DNA of 64,000 nucleotides. Origin: an uncultured candidate division Zixibacteria bacterium. Lineage in GTDB: Bacteria > Zixibacteria > MSB-5A5 > GN15 > FEB-12. The notes beneath the pieces are model-generated. The model was not told where the DNA came from and ran no database searches. It worked only from the letters and a program-made list of their open reading frames with translations. Location: positions 512,001 to 576,000 of the forward strand of contig CAVTJJ010000006.1 of the NCBI GenBank assembly GCA_963735035.1. Reading direction: 5' to 3'. Of this stretch, positions 62,535 through 64,000 are shown piece after piece. The position numbers were made by a program, and so were the translations under genes. Within the stretch, counting starts at the first letter, position 1. Each line of letters opens with the position of its first letter.

Positions 62535-63090
62535 GTAGGTCAGGCCTACTCGGGGCCTGACGGGTAATGCGATTGAACGCGTCAGGCGTCAAGTCCGCCT
62601 GACCTACGACTACTTGAATGAGGTTGCGGCAGGTCCTGCGTCGCCAAAGGCGGCGTGTGACCTGCCGCGTTGCATTGAATCAGATCCGACAAGTAACGTG
62701 CCCGGAAGATGTCCACATCTGCCGGGTTCTTGTTGAATGCACGTAGATGAGACGGGTCGAGGACCCGTCATTCTGGCGGAAGCCAGAACCCAGTTGTGAT
62801 GGCAAGTGAACGGAGGCTTATGCTAAATCACTACACTCGAATGATATCTTGATCACAAGAGCATTGCCTCTGCAATCATAACTGGGCACCGGCTTTCGCC
62901 GGTGTGACGACCTGACGGCCGTTTCAATTTCAAGCCACCGAATCCCACTTATAGGGTTGGCCAATAGACCGTCCTAATTCGTGCCCGGCCCGCCGCGGCA
63001 GGTCCTCGTTCAACGTGCCCGGCAGATGTCCACATCTGCCGGTTGGTGCGACAATAGGGTGGGGCACCCGAGGTGCCGTCGCACACCCTC
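62535..63090. repeat. Dense cluster of several REP-like palindrome classes
   Basis: GTAGGTCAGGC...GCCTGACCTAC doublet; two AACGTGCCCGG(A/C)AGATGTCCACATCTGCCGG copies; GTCATTCTGGCGGAAGCCAGAACCCAG inverted pair. Confidence 0.8.
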
Positions 63091-63181
63091 TTGACACCGG
63101 CGTTATAATCGCTAACTTGACCCACATGAGCGCCGCTGTCGTCAGTCTCTGCGCACAATCTACGTACCCAAGGAGGATGCG

Positions 63182-64000
63182 ATGTACCGGTCCGTTACCG
63201 CCATTTTCGTTCTAATCCTAACCCTCGCCGCAAGCGTCCTTGCCACGCCCGGGGACACCGTCCGAACCATTCCCGCCCCATATCGCTGTTCACAGGGCCT
63301 GGCCTTCGACGGCAAGCAACTCTGGTGTGTCGACCGTCTGAGCGACCAAATCTACGCCGTCAACCCGGCTTCGGGCGCGATCACGGATTCGATCCCGTCG
63401 CCCGGCTACATTCCGCGGGGGCTGGCTTTCGACGGCAAGCTGCTCTGGATAGCCGACGCCGAAGAACCGCGCCTGTTTGCCATTAATCCGGCTACGAAGG
63501 TTGTCGAAAGAACAATCCCCTGTCCGGTGGCCAATCCGACCGGGATGGCCTGGGACGGGAAGCGGCTCTGGATCGGCGGCGAAGGGTACGACAAGATCGA
63601 CCTGATCAGCGCAGATGACGGTACCACGATTGTCTCGATTCCGTCGCCGACGTCGCACACTAACGGGATGACTTTTGACGGCACTTATCTCTGGGTCTCG
63701 GATCGTTTCGCCGACCGCATCTTCATGGTCACCCCCCAGCGCGGGGATGTCGTGCTGAGTCTCGCCGCGCCTGGTCCGCACTCGTGGGGGCTGGCGTGGG
63801 ACGGCAAGAACCTCTGGAATGTCGACTACCAGACGGACAGGATCTATCAACTCGTGCTCGACGACGGCGTGCCGTATCAGCGCAAGAACGAGAAGGCCCA
63901 GCGGGTTGATTTTCTGCACCAGGTGAGGAATTTCGGGCCGGATACCGTGAAAACCCTCGACGTCTATATGGCCATCCCGGAGAACTCAGCCGGTCAGGAC
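63182..64000 (+). CDS. Exported beta-propeller protein (GLAFDG repeats), truncated at window end
   Basis: AGGAGG SD, signal peptide MYRSVTAIFVLILTLAASVLA, repeated GLAFDGKxLW motifs; absent from the ORF track because it has no stop in the window. Confidence 0.85.
   Translation, partial: MYRSVTAIFVLILTLAASVLATPGDTVRTIPAPYRCSQGLAFDGKQLWCVDRLSDQIYAVNPASGAITDSIPSPGYIPRGLAFDGKLLWIADAEEPRLFAINPATKVVERTIPCPVANPTGMAWDGKRLWIGGEGYDKIDLISADDGTTIVSIPSPTSHTNGMTFDGTYLWVSDRFADRIFMVTPQRGDVVLSLAAPGPHSWGLAWDGKNLWNVDYQTDRIYQLVLDDGVPYQRKNEKAQRVDFLHQVRNFGPDTVKTLDVYMAIPENSAGQD

Noticed and set aside
63290..63919. 209-aa minus-strand ORF
   Set aside because: Antisense shadow of the plus-strand propeller gene starting at 63182, which has an SD and a signal peptide.

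Overview
This bacterial chromosomal window opens with the 3' part of an rRNA operon: 16S (partial), tRNA-Ile, an intact 274-aa class I SAM methyltransferase gene, tRNA-Ala, 23S and 5S. An MNT-HEPN toxin-antitoxin pair follows, bracketed by a direct repeat of the 5S 3' end plus terminator. Next come a small accessory region with an IS30 element inserted into a REP-like palindrome, a radical SAM gene and several exported proteins and lipoproteins (transglutaminase-like, M16 peptidase, YiiX-like, Ig-like and beta-propeller). The middle holds a short RlmB, YceI, an EF-G paralogue, LexA, a TPR/PEGA protein, two Cys-rich two-CW proteins and two orphan histidine kinases. The rest carries a eukaryotic-type citrate synthase, a prfB-pta-aspC-pckA cluster, an LPS export/core cluster (MsbA, GT4, GT9, GT2, GT9), RelA/SpoT and LVIVD/propeller proteins. 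LPS genes imply a diderm. The gene content resembles an FCB-affiliated candidate phylum such as Zixibacteria, but that is an unverified impression. Five genes carry net +1 frameshifts, including essential prfB, so these are most likely sequencing errors. The most notable observations are the protein-coding gene inside the 16S-23S spacer, the 5S-repeat-bracketed TA cassette and the REP-targeted IS30.
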